DNA of 64,000 bases. Source: an uncultured Phascolarctobacterium sp. Its GTDB lineage: Bacteria; Bacillota; Negativicutes; Acidaminococcales; Acidaminococcaceae. The stretch covers positions 36,588 through 100,587 of the forward strand of contig NZ_CAADXO010000012.1 of the NCBI RefSeq assembly GCF_900753045.1. The letters are read 5' to 3'. Numbering within the stretch: position 1 is the stretch's first letter; each line of letters opens with the position of its first letter. This document shows, one piece after another, positions 18,565 through 27,208 of the stretch. Under the pieces are notes generated by a model that ran no database searches, was not told the DNA's origin, and saw only the letters and a list, made by a program, of their open reading frames with translations. The translations under genes and the position numbers were made by a program.

Positions 18565-18806
18565 CATAAGGTCACACTCCTCCTGTTTTCCATACATGAT
18601 TATGCAGTCAGAGCGGAACTTCATGCCACAGCCTTCATAATATGCGATTTTCTTACATTATAATGATGAAATTCGTATTGGTCAAGTAAATTAATTATAC
18701 AATAGAAGAAATCGTCAGCAAAATGCGGGGCAAATTCTTCACGAAAACGCACAAAAATCGGCCTATATACAGCAAAAGGACTCCCTCATGTGAAGGAGTC
18801 CGAAAA

Positions 18807-19907
18807 TTATTTTTGCAGTCTTTGCATAACGTAGTCGACAATCTGCTGTGCTGCCAGAGGATGGGCATGCTCGCTGCACGCTGGTGCCTCACGCGGGCCT
18901 ACCGTGCTGCTTTTGATGTGCTGCACCAGCTCGTCGGTAGAACGTGCTACCAGAGCGCCGCAATACTGCTGCAGGAAGGCGGCGTTGCCCTCCTCCTGCC
19001 CCGGCAGCGGCTTGTAAATTAAAAGGTCCAGTCCGCTCGCCAGCACCTCGGCAGAGGTTAAACCGCCGGCCTTGGTGATAATCATATCAGCGCCGGCCAT
19101 GAGCTGCGGTACGTCCTCGCGGAAGCCGTAGATTTCGGCCGTTGCGCCGTATTTGGCCTGCAGCTGTGCGGCCAAAGCTTCGTTGTGGCCGGTGACGGCA
19201 ACAACGCGCAGGTTTTTCAGAGCGGCGCGCTGCAGTGCTGTAATAATCTCAGCCATCGGCAGCAGGCCCTCGCCCCCGCCCATCAAAAGGCAGACGCGTT
19301 CGTTTTCGTCCCAGCCGAAGAACTCGCGGCATTTCTGCTTATCGTGCTTAATCATAAACTGTTGGCGCACGGGAATGCCCGTAGCCTGAATGTCGGCAGT
19401 GGTAGCGAGCTTATCACGCAGCAGCTCGTCGGCGATAAAGTAGGTATCCACGCCGTCGCAAACCCACCAGCGGTGAATCGTAAAGTCGGTCACTACGGCG
19501 CCGAGCCAGAGCTTGGGATGCTGCTTTTTGTAATAGCCGATGATGCCTGCGGGTGTAGCGTGCGTAGCGATTACCGCGTCAGGCTGTACGCTGCGCAGGT
19601 AGCTGCCGCCTAACCATGCCAGCAGGCGGTTTAAAAGCTCACGCAGCCATAAGGAGCCGCCCTGCTTGTTGCCCCAGCTGTAGGCCAGCTTATAAAGCCA
19701 GGGGCAGCATTTTAAAATCCACAGGTAGGTGCCTAAAAAGGCCTTGCCCAGAAACTGCGGGAAGAAGTCGAAGATGTTGCCGTGGATGACCTCAACCTCC
19801 GGACGGTCGGCGAAAGCCTGCTCCAGCGCTTCGGCTGCCAGCCTGTGTCCCGAGCCTATGGGTGCCGAAAGCAGGAGCACAGTATATTTTTTTCGTGTTT
19901 CGTGCAT
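18807..19907 (-). CDS. GT28-family glycosyltransferase, MGDG-synthase/UgtP-like (glycolipid synthesis)
   Basis: N-terminal LLLSAPIGSGH plus C-terminal ...LLMGGGEGL... and ...ADMIITKAGGLTSAE..., resembling processive diacylglycerol glycosyltransferases. Confidence 0.65.
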   Translation of the reverse strand: MHETRKKYTVLLLSAPIGSGHRLAAEALEQAFADRPEVEVIHGNIFDFFPQFLGKAFLGTYLWILKCCPWLYKLAYSWGNKQGGSLWLRELLNRLLAWLGGSYLRSVQPDAVIATHATPAGIIGYYKKQHPKLWLGAVVTDFTIHRWWVCDGVDTYFIADELLRDKLATTADIQATGIPVRQQFMIKHDKQKCREFFGWDENERVCLLMGGGEGLLPMAEIITALQRAALKNLRVVAVTGHNEALAAQLQAKYGATAEIYGFREDVPQLMAGADMIITKAGGLTSAEVLASGLDLLIYKPLPGQEEGNAAFLQQYCGALVARSTDELVQHIKSSTVGPREAPACSEHAHPLAAQQIVDYVMQRLQK

Positions 19908-20073
19908 ATGTATCACCATCTATATTGTATCGGAAATATAGCTAATCGGAATTTTTTTGCGAAAAAGGCTTGCTATCATAGCCTTTATATTGTATCATAT
20001 TTTTAACTACAATCAATAGTTAATGTTCTCGCAAAGAGTAAAATTCGTGAGAAATTTTTGGGAGGCTCATCAA

Positions 20074-21126
20074 ATGACTACAAGAAGACCTGTTGAAAGC
20101 TTTAGCTTTCCTGTAGAAAAAATTAAAGAAGGTTATTATACTGACGCATATTTTATGCGTTCCGAAGAAATCTTAAACGGTGATAATTATCATCCGCGCG
20201 TGCTGATGCAGGTGTTCGCCCGTGACCATGTTGTTGTTTGCGGTACCGACGAAGTCATTGCTCTGATTCGTCAATGTGCTTTCCATCCGGAAACTATCGA
20301 AATTCATTCCCTGCGTGACGGCGAAGAGGTTGACGAATGGGAAACCGTTATGACTATCGAAGGCGATTATGCTGACTTTGCGCATCTGGAAACCATCTAT
20401 TTGGGTATTCTGGCACGCCAGAGCCGCATTGCTACCAATGTTCGCCGCGTAGTGAAGGCTGCCAACGGCAAGCCAGTGCTTTTCTTCCCTGCACGTTATG
20501 ATATTTACCAGACTCAGGAATCCGACGGCTATGCAGCTTTGGTTGGCGGTATCCACGGCTTCTCTACTGATGCTAATGCTTTGGCAGCAGGCGGCAAGGG
20601 CCTGGGCACTATCCCCCATGCTTTGATTGCTTCCTATAAGGGTGACACTGTTGCTGCTACCGAAGCCTTCGATAAATATGTTGACCCGTCTATCGCTCGT
20701 ATCGCCTTGGTTGACTTTGACAACGACTGCGTAAACACCTCTCTGGCTGTTGCCCGCAAGCTAGGCAAAAAGCTCGCAGGTGTGCGTCTTGATACCTCCG
20801 GCAGCATGGTTGACAAGAGCCTGTGGACTCAGATTGGTACCTTTAAACCGACTGGTGTCTGCAAGGAGCTTGTTTGCAACGTTCGCCGTGCGCTGGATGC
20901 CGAAGGCTTCAACCACGTTAAGATTATCGTTTCCGGCGGCTTTGACGCTGAGCGCGTAGCAGCTTTTGAGGAAATGGGCGTGCCTGTTGATACCTATGCA
21001 GTAGGCTCTTCCTTCTTCGACGGCAATATCAACTACACTGCTGATATCGTTAAGGTTGACGGCAAGGACTGCGCTAAGGCCGGCCGTAAATACAATCCTA
21101 ACCCCAAAATGGAGCTTGTAAAATAA
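20074..21126 (+). CDS. Nicotinate phosphoribosyltransferase-family protein (type II PRTase fold)
   Basis: About 350 aa with ...YTDAYFMRSEEIL... at the N-terminus and a C-terminal TIM-barrel-like region (VKIIVSGGFD...GVPVDTYAVGSSF). Start at the ATG after GGGAGG. Confidence 0.65.
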   Translation: MTTRRPVESFSFPVEKIKEGYYTDAYFMRSEEILNGDNYHPRVLMQVFARDHVVVCGTDEVIALIRQCAFHPETIEIHSLRDGEEVDEWETVMTIEGDYADFAHLETIYLGILARQSRIATNVRRVVKAANGKPVLFFPARYDIYQTQESDGYAALVGGIHGFSTDANALAAGGKGLGTIPHALIASYKGDTVAATEAFDKYVDPSIARIALVDFDNDCVNTSLAVARKLGKKLAGVRLDTSGSMVDKSLWTQIGTFKPTGVCKELVCNVRRALDAEGFNHVKIIVSGGFDAERVAAFEEMGVPVDTYAVGSSFFDGNINYTADIVKVDGKDCAKAGRKYNPNPKMELVK

Positions 21127-21139
21127 TTTGCAACAATGA

Positions 21140-21172
21140 GGTTGCAGTGCGAAAGTGCTGCAGCCTTTTTTG
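21140..21172. terminator. Weak hairpin plus T-run after the NAPRTase-family gene
   Basis: TGCAGTGCGAAAGTGCTGCAGCCTTTTTT. Confidence 0.35.
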
Positions 21173-21248
21173 CTATCCGAAGCCTAGCTTACACCAGGTT
21201 GAACTACAAGTTTTGCCCATAGTAAAGCTAGAATTACAACGTAAAAAC

Positions 21249-21450
21249 AGGAGAATATAGTGTCATGCAGGGAATAAAAATTACAGCGAATAAGTGTCTG
21301 GAACCACAGAAGGGGCGCAATGTCTGAGCGCTATGCTTTGCTCGTACAGTACAATCTCTTAGCTTTGCGCGAGTTTTGCGCCACTTCGTCTTGGTTCCAC
21401 ACGAAATGAGCGACCGTAATTTTTGCTGACCGAAAGGACACTTATTCTCC
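21249..21450. repeat. Intergenic nested-inverted-repeat element, tandem copy A
   Basis: About 200-bp unit bounded by GGAGAATATAGTGTC ... GACACTTATTCTCC, with inner inverted repeats GTGTCTGGAACCA/TGGTTCCACAC and GGCGCAA/TTGCGCC. Confidence 0.6.
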
Positions 21451-21492
21451 GTCTATAGCTCACTCTATGATATTTTTCGTATAAAAAAAGCA

Positions 21493-21690
21493 GGAGAATA
21501 AGTATCATGTAGGGAATAAAAATTACAACGAATAAGTGTCCGGAACCAAAAAAGTTCAGCATTGTTTGAGCGCTATGCAAACTCATATTGCAAAATCTCT
21601 AAGCTTCGCGCGAGTTTTGCGCCACTTCGTCTTGGTTCCACACGAAATGAGTGGCCGTAATTTTTGCTGACCGTAGAGATACTTACTCTC
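21493..21690. repeat. Intergenic nested-inverted-repeat element, tandem copy B
   Basis: Second copy about 243 bp downstream, bounded by GGAGAATAAGTATC ... GAGATACTTACTCTCC. The terminal arms carry compensatory substitutions relative to copy A. It ends at the hydF RBS. Confidence 0.6.
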
Positions 21691-21758
21691 CGAACTACAA
21701 TTTCTATGTGTTATTTTTTCATACATATATTTCATACATATATAAAGGAGAACCCACC

Positions 21759-22985
21759 ATGTCATTGAATACAACTCCCGCTGCCGAGCGTATCCACATC
21801 GGCATCTTCGGCAAGCGTAACGCCGGCAAGTCCAGCCTGATCAACGCCATCACCAGTCAGGAGCTTGCCATTGTCAGCGAACAAAAGGGCACCACTACCG
21901 ACCCTGTATATAAGGCTATGGAGCTTCTGCCCCTCGGCCCCGTAATGATTATCGACACCCCCGGCCTCGACGATGAAGGCGAGCTGGGCGCACAGCGCAT
22001 CGCCAAGGCTCAGCAGGTGCTTAACAAGTGCGACATCGCTCTGCTCGTTGTAGATGCCAGCGTAGGCCTCAGCGAAGCGGATAAAGCGCTGTGGCAGCAG
22101 CTGCAGGCGAAAAAGCTGCCCTCCATCCTCGTTCTGAACAAAGTAGAGCTGCTTGACGAAATGCGCCAGGCACTGCTCACCATGGAAGCCATGAAGCTCA
22201 CCAAGCAATGCTTCCTCGTCAGCGCTATCACCAATCGTAACATCAACGAGCTGAAGGAGGCCATCGCCGCCCTACGCCCGCGTGAGGTAGAACGCCAGCT
22301 GCTCGGCGATTTAATCAAGCCCTGCGACATCGTAGTGCTCGTAACGCCGATTGACAGCGCCGCCCCCAAGGGCAGGCTCATCCTGCCGCAGCAGCAGGTA
22401 CTGCGCAACGTGCTCGATAATAAGGGCATCGCCGTAAACGTACAGGAAAGCGAGCTGGCGGAAGCACTGGCACGCCTCGCCTTCCCGCCTAAGCTCGTCG
22501 TAACCGACAGCCAGGCCTTCGGCGTAGTCAGCAAAATTGTGCCGCCTACCGTTCCGCTCACCTCCTTCTCCATCCTCATGGCGCGCTACAAGGGCACGCT
22601 AAGCTCTGCCGTAGAGGCAGTGCGTGTGCTCGATACAGTGCAGGATGGGGATAAGATACTCATCAGCGAGGGCTGCACGCACCACCGCCAATGTCAGGAC
22701 ATCGGCACAGTAAAGCTTCCCGGCTGGATTCGCAGCTTCACCAAAGCGGAGCCTGAATTCTGCTTCAGCAGCGGCACGGAATTCCCCGAGGATTTGTCAC
22801 AATACAAGCTCGTAGTGCATTGCGGCGGCTGCATGCTCAACGAACGCGAAATGCAAAGCCGCAGTGAACGCGCTGCAGCGCAGAACGTTCCCATGACCAA
22901 CTACGGCATCGCCATTGCCTATATGCACGGCATTTTAAAGCGCAGCGTCGCTCCCCTGCCGGATATCGCCAAGCTGCTGGAGTAA
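21759..22985 (+). CDS. hydF: [FeFe]-hydrogenase maturation GTPase HydF
   Basis: GTPase motifs G1 GKRNAGKSS, G3 DTPG and G4 NKVE. C-terminal Fe-S ligand pattern CTHHRQC...HCGGC. Start at MSLNTT after AAAGGAG. Confidence 0.75.
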   Translation: MSLNTTPAAERIHIGIFGKRNAGKSSLINAITSQELAIVSEQKGTTTDPVYKAMELLPLGPVMIIDTPGLDDEGELGAQRIAKAQQVLNKCDIALLVVDASVGLSEADKALWQQLQAKKLPSILVLNKVELLDEMRQALLTMEAMKLTKQCFLVSAITNRNINELKEAIAALRPREVERQLLGDLIKPCDIVVLVTPIDSAAPKGRLILPQQQVLRNVLDNKGIAVNVQESELAEALARLAFPPKLVVTDSQAFGVVSKIVPPTVPLTSFSILMARYKGTLSSAVEAVRVLDTVQDGDKILISEGCTHHRQCQDIGTVKLPGWIRSFTKAEPEFCFSSGTEFPEDLSQYKLVVHCGGCMLNEREMQSRSERAAAQNVPMTNYGIAIAYMHGILKRSVAPLPDIAKLLE

Positions 22986-23019
22986 AGCAGCTGAACAGGA
23001 GAAAGTGAGGGTATGAACC

Positions 23020-23289
23020 ATGCACAGCTTTTTATATTATTACCTGATCTTCATCAACTGCACCGCCTTTGTCGTCTACGGTGCAGATAAAGCCTTCGCC
23101 AAGCTGCATAGCTGGCGTGTGCCGGAAATAGTGCTGCTGCTTTTGGCAGCGCTCGGCGGCAGCGCGGGTGCGTTTATTGCCATGCAGCTTTTCCGCCACA
23201 AGACACAGCATTTGAAGTTCATCTTCGGCGTACCGCTCATCTTCTTCCTGCAGGTTGCACTCATCAGCTATTTTTTCTATAAGGGCTGA
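23020..23289 (+). CDS. Small DUF1294-like membrane protein
   Basis: 89 aa with two predicted TM helices and the YGADKAFAKL...WRVPE pattern seen in DUF1294 proteins. Confidence 0.5.
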   Translation: MHSFLYYYLIFINCTAFVVYGADKAFAKLHSWRVPEIVLLLLAALGGSAGAFIAMQLFRHKTQHLKFIFGVPLIFFLQVALISYFFYKG

Positions 23290-23299
23290 GCGCTCCCTA

Positions 23300-23372
23300 A
23301 AAACCGTACAAACCGTGCAAAACCGTACAACCCCTTGCTGCATAAGGCTTTGGGGCTGTACGGTTTTTGTGT
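23300..23372. terminator. Palindromic terminator-like element, family copy 1
   Basis: AAAACCGTACA...TGTACGGTTTTTGT arms around the loop region CCCCTTGCTGCATAAGGCTTTGGGGC. Directly follows the DUF1294 gene stop. Confidence 0.5.
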
Positions 23373-23612
23373 TGTGTACGGTACTCCCACAGGAGTGGTT
23401 TTGGCAAATTATGTGAGTATATGCAAATCATTTTCTGCATCACAAAACGCTTCTCATTTCTGCGTATTAGAAGCATTTTTTGCTATTCGTGTAGTTTAGT
23501 GTAAAAAAAGTGCTTTTTTTCGCGTATTTTTACACGAATATTTTGGAGAAATGTGTTGTTTTTGACACGAAAGAATTTTATAATATAGGTAGAAACATCG
23601 GAGGTGATAAAT

Positions 23613-24908
23613 ATGTATAGAAAAATATCACAGAAATTACTTGCATGGAAAGAAAGTCCTTTCCGCAAACCACTTTTATTGCAAGGTGCCAGACAGGTAG
23701 GCAAAACCTTCTCTGTTTTGGAATTTGGGCGTAACAACTATGAAAATGTAGCATATTTTAACTTTGAAACCAACACACAATTAAACGCAACCTTTGAGGA
23801 AAATATAGAGCCGGGATATTTGCTGCCTATTTTATCACATATAGCAGGCACCAGTATCATCAAGGAAAAAACACTCATCATCTTCGATGAAGTGCAGCTT
23901 TGTGAACGTGCTCTCACCTCGTTAAAATACTTTTGCGAGCAGGCACCGGAATACCACATCATCGCTTTGGGAAGCCTTTTAGGTGTCGCAGTTAACCGCA
24001 AAACCTACTCCTTCCCAGTTGGTAAGGTGGATATGCTTACCATGTATCCGATGGATATGGAAGAATTTTTGTTGGCGCTGGACGAAAGCTACCTGTTGGA
24101 GAAAATCAAGGCCTGCTTTAAAGATAAAACTGCTATGCCTGCAGCCCTACACCAATCTGCCTTAGAGCTTTACCGACAATATCTTGTTGTAGGCGGTATG
24201 CCGGAGGCAGTGATGATTTTCAGCAAGACGAAGGATTATGTCTTTGTCCGTCATATTCAGGATACTATTCTTACAAGCTATCTTAATGATATGAGCAAGT
24301 ACAATACTGAAAATGAAATCAAAAAGACCAGGCTTACGTATGATAATATAACGGTGCAGCTTTCCAAGAAGAATACACGCTTTCAATATAAGCTGATAAA
24401 AAGCGGTGCGCGGGCAGCGGAGTTTGAAAACGCGATAGAATGGCTTATTCTTTCCGGTATAGTTGACCAGGTTTATAAGGTTGAGCAAATCAAAAAGCCT
24501 TTGGCTAACTACCGTGATATTGATGCCTTTAAGATTTATTTGTCAGATGTAGGCTTATTATGCGCCAAGAAAGACATTATTGCCAACGATATCCTTTATA
24601 TGGTGGATGAACTTAATGATTTTAAGGGTGGTATGACGGAAAACTATGTGCATAATCAACTGAAAATCAATGATTATACAACCTACTATTGGGAATCGGA
24701 TCGTGGCGCTGAAATTGACTTTATTATTCAGCGCGAAGGCAAGCTCATTCCTATTGAAGTAAAAGCTGCCGATAACACCAGAGCCAAAAGCTTGAAGCTG
24801 TATATGGACAGGTTCGAGCCTGCATATGCTATCAAACTTTCTACCAAAAATTTTGCTCAGGAGGATAATAAGCTTATTATTCCTTTATATGCAGCATTTT
24901 GTATCTGA
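23613..24908 (+). CDS. AAA+ ATPase with a DUF4143-type C-terminal domain
   Basis: Walker A LLLQGARQVGKT, Walker B LIIFDEVQ, and the long C-terminal region typical of the AAA_14/DUF4143 family. Start at MYRKISQ, 6 nt after GGAGGTG. Confidence 0.75.
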   Translation: MYRKISQKLLAWKESPFRKPLLLQGARQVGKTFSVLEFGRNNYENVAYFNFETNTQLNATFEENIEPGYLLPILSHIAGTSIIKEKTLIIFDEVQLCERALTSLKYFCEQAPEYHIIALGSLLGVAVNRKTYSFPVGKVDMLTMYPMDMEEFLLALDESYLLEKIKACFKDKTAMPAALHQSALELYRQYLVVGGMPEAVMIFSKTKDYVFVRHIQDTILTSYLNDMSKYNTENEIKKTRLTYDNITVQLSKKNTRFQYKLIKSGARAAEFENAIEWLILSGIVDQVYKVEQIKKPLANYRDIDAFKIYLSDVGLLCAKKDIIANDILYMVDELNDFKGGMTENYVHNQLKINDYTTYYWESDRGAEIDFIIQREGKLIPIEVKAADNTRAKSLKLYMDRFEPAYAIKLSTKNFAQEDNKLIIPLYAAFCI

Positions 24909-24937
24909 AGTAATAGAATAGCGTACACATAACAAAA

Positions 24938-24990
24938 ACCGTACACGCGCAAAGCCTTGCCACGCCTGCGTTTGTACGGTTTTGTTGTCT
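24938..24990. repeat. Palindromic terminator-like element, family copy 2
   Basis: AAAACCGTACACGCGCAAAGCCTTGCCACGCCTGCGTTTGTACGGTTTTGT, directly after the ATPase stop. Confidence 0.55.
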
Positions 24991-25118
24991 TAAAGTTGAT
25001 GCTCTGACTAATTATCATTACTTTTATCAGAAAATACTTATTCTGCCAGAAGCTTATAGGATCCCTTGTTTTTGAAAATTAGTTGCTCATAAGCTTTCAG
25101 AGCATCTTCATCATTGGC

Positions 25119-25928
25119 TTATTCTTCTGGTTCCGCAACCTTCGGCGGATACTTTTCTTCAAAAGCGCGCAATACACCAAGCAGTCTTTCGTCCAGATAG
25201 CTCATGCCCTGCTCCCGCAGTTTTTGCGGTATGCCGTAATAGCATTCTGCTACCGCACCGGTGATTGCTGCTAGCGTGTCGCTGTCACCACCGATAGAAA
25301 TAGCATTACGGATTGCATCTTCATAGCTTGTCGACTCGAAGAAAGCCATCAATGCCTGCGGTACGGTATTCTGGCAGGTTTCATTGAACATATAGGAATC
25401 GCGGATACCATCGAGCGTGAAGTCCATAGGATAATAGTTGGCATCAATATAATCCCTGATGGCTTGCATATCTGCGCCCTGCTTAGCCATAAAGGCTGCC
25501 ACGGCAGTTGCCTCCGCTCCCTTGATGCCCTCCGGATGGTTGTGCGTCACGTCTGTCACCATCAGCGAAAGCTGTTTAACCTGCTCCATGGTATTCGCAG
25601 TATATACAACACCGCTTACGCGCATTGCCGAACCGTTGCCATAGCTGTTATAAGGCTGCGGGTCGCCAAAATAAAGCCAGCAAGAAAAGGTTCTGCCATA
25701 ACCGGCATCAGGATATGCCTCACCAAAAGCACGCATTTTTGCTACAGCCTGCTCGCGCAAATCGCTGAAATCAGGCTTGCTCTCCAAAAGCGCCTCGCAT
25801 AACGCCAAAGACATTACGCTGTCATCTGTGAAAAAGCAGCCATTAGTAAAAAACTCAAAATCCTTTGCTTTGTAATTATCCCATTCAAAACGTGAACCGA
25901 CAATATCGCCGATAATTGCACCCAGCAT
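25119..25928 (-). CDS. ADP-ribosylglycohydrolase (ARH/DraG family)
   Basis: MLGAIIGDIVGSRFEW...FTDDSVMSLAL...GGDSDTLAAITGA are ARH metal-binding motifs. Start at MLGAI with GGAGG 8 nt upstream; the ORF table starts 15 nt earlier. Confidence 0.8.
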   Translation of the reverse strand: MLGAIIGDIVGSRFEWDNYKAKDFEFFTNGCFFTDDSVMSLALCEALLESKPDFSDLREQAVAKMRAFGEAYPDAGYGRTFSCWLYFGDPQPYNSYGNGSAMRVSGVVYTANTMEQVKQLSLMVTDVTHNHPEGIKGAEATAVAAFMAKQGADMQAIRDYIDANYYPMDFTLDGIRDSYMFNETCQNTVPQALMAFFESTSYEDAIRNAISIGGDSDTLAAITGAVAECYYGIPQKLREQGMSYLDERLLGVLRAFEEKYPPKVAEPEE

Positions 25929-26088
25929 TGTATACGCCTCCACTCTTTTGTTATATGTATATTATAGCATAATTGCTGCGATATTACTTGTTATATACGT
26001 ATATGCGTGTTAAAATGAGTTTGTAAACAGATAAATTTGATAGTCTTTTCAAACTTTTCTTTTATATTTTTATAAGGAGTTGGTCGTA

Positions 26089-26616
26089 TTGGAATACTTG
26101 GTTATCAAAAACAATATTACTGAGATAAAATGCGATGCTGTTGTCAATTCAGCTAATCAACATTTAATTAAAGGCTCTGGCATTTGTAAATCAATATATG
26201 AAAGTGCCGGGGAAGCAGAATTGGATAAGTATTTAGAATGCGCTGATGGTCTTGTTGAAGGTGAATGTATTGCAACACCAGGATTTAATTTGCCTGCAAA
26301 ATATATTTTTCATGTTCTCACTCCCAAGTATTATATAAAGAATGATATAAACATAGAAAAATTTAGTCAGTGCTATGCCTCTATTCTACAAGCAGCAGAA
26401 TACTATCGTTGTGAAACAATAGCTATTCCATGTATTGGCACGGGACATCATGGCTGGCCGTTGGATTTGTCTTCTAACATTGCTATAGATACTTTATATT
26501 GGATTATAAATGCAGATGAATCGCGTTTTTCTTTCTTAAAGCAAGTTATTTTTAGTTGTCCTGATTGGCAACATTACTTAACTTATAAGGGATTAATAAA
26601 TTCAAGGAAACTATAA
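26089..26616 (+). CDS. Stand-alone macro-domain protein
   Basis: IKCDAVVNSANQHLIKGSGICKSIYESAG ... IAIPCIGTGHHGWP are macro-domain motifs. GC is very low (about 33%) against a 57% host. Probable TTG start 9 nt after AGGAG; the ORF table uses TTG at 26080. Confidence 0.7.
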   Translation: MEYLVIKNNITEIKCDAVVNSANQHLIKGSGICKSIYESAGEAELDKYLECADGLVEGECIATPGFNLPAKYIFHVLTPKYYIKNDINIEKFSQCYASILQAAEYYRCETIAIPCIGTGHHGWPLDLSSNIAIDTLYWIINADESRFSFLKQVIFSCPDWQHYLTYKGLINSRKL

Positions 26617-26671
26617 ATATATACTATTGTATCTTTCCGTACATTATCGAACATAAAGGAGGCGCTACATC

Positions 26672-27058
26672 ATGCTCGTTATATATCCCGCAATTATTCA
26701 TGTTGATGATGATGGCCTGTGGGCAGAATTCCCCGATCTTCCGGGCTGCTTTACGCAAGGCGATACGCAGGAGGAGCTGCTGGCCAAAGCGGCGGAAGCT
26801 ATGGAATGCTTTTTGATGGGACTGCTGGAGGACGGCGAAAAGCTGCCGCAGGCTTCTGCTCCCCAAAACATCAAATTGACCGAACCCAATACCTATACTT
26901 CCTTGATTCAGTCGAAAATAGACCTAGCGAAGAATACGCGTTCTGTTAAAAAGACGCTGACTATTCCTGCGTGGCTCAACAAGCGCGCTCTGGACGCCAA
27001 TATTAACTTCAGCAGCCTGCTGCAGGACGCTCTTGTAAACGAACTGAAAATCGTCTAA
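26672..27058 (+). CDS. HicB-family antitoxin-like protein (UPF0150 N-domain plus C-terminal RHH), no adjacent hicA
   Basis: MLVIYPAIIHVDDDGLWAEFPDLPGCFTQGDTQEELLAKAAEAMECFL matches the HicB N-domain. The C-terminal KKTLTIPAWLNKRALDANINFSSLLQDAL looks like an RHH. Confidence 0.6.
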   Translation: MLVIYPAIIHVDDDGLWAEFPDLPGCFTQGDTQEELLAKAAEAMECFLMGLLEDGEKLPQASAPQNIKLTEPNTYTSLIQSKIDLAKNTRSVKKTLTIPAWLNKRALDANINFSSLLQDALVNELKIV

Positions 27059-27115
27059 ACCGTACATGCGCAAAGCCCTGCCCGGCCTGCGTTTGTACGG
27101 TTTTGTACGGTTTTC
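27059..27115. repeat. Palindromic terminator-like element, family copy 3
   Basis: AAACCGTACATGCGCAAAGCCCTGCCCGGCCTGCGTTTGTACGGTTTTGTACGGTTTT, near-identical to copy 2 and directly after the hicB-like stop. Confidence 0.55.
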
Positions 27116-27208
27116 TGCGACAGCCAAATATACATATAAATATACAGAAACGCTCTGCCAACCTTGCGGTCAGCAGAGCGTTTTATTGTGTCAGTATAAA
27201 GCCTCAGC

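Noticed and set aside
21359-21774. Two small minus-strand ORFs (75 and 63 aa) inside the tandem repeat region
   Set aside because: They overlap the inverted-repeat elements, have no RBS, and their translations are low complexity; the region is better explained as non-coding repeats.
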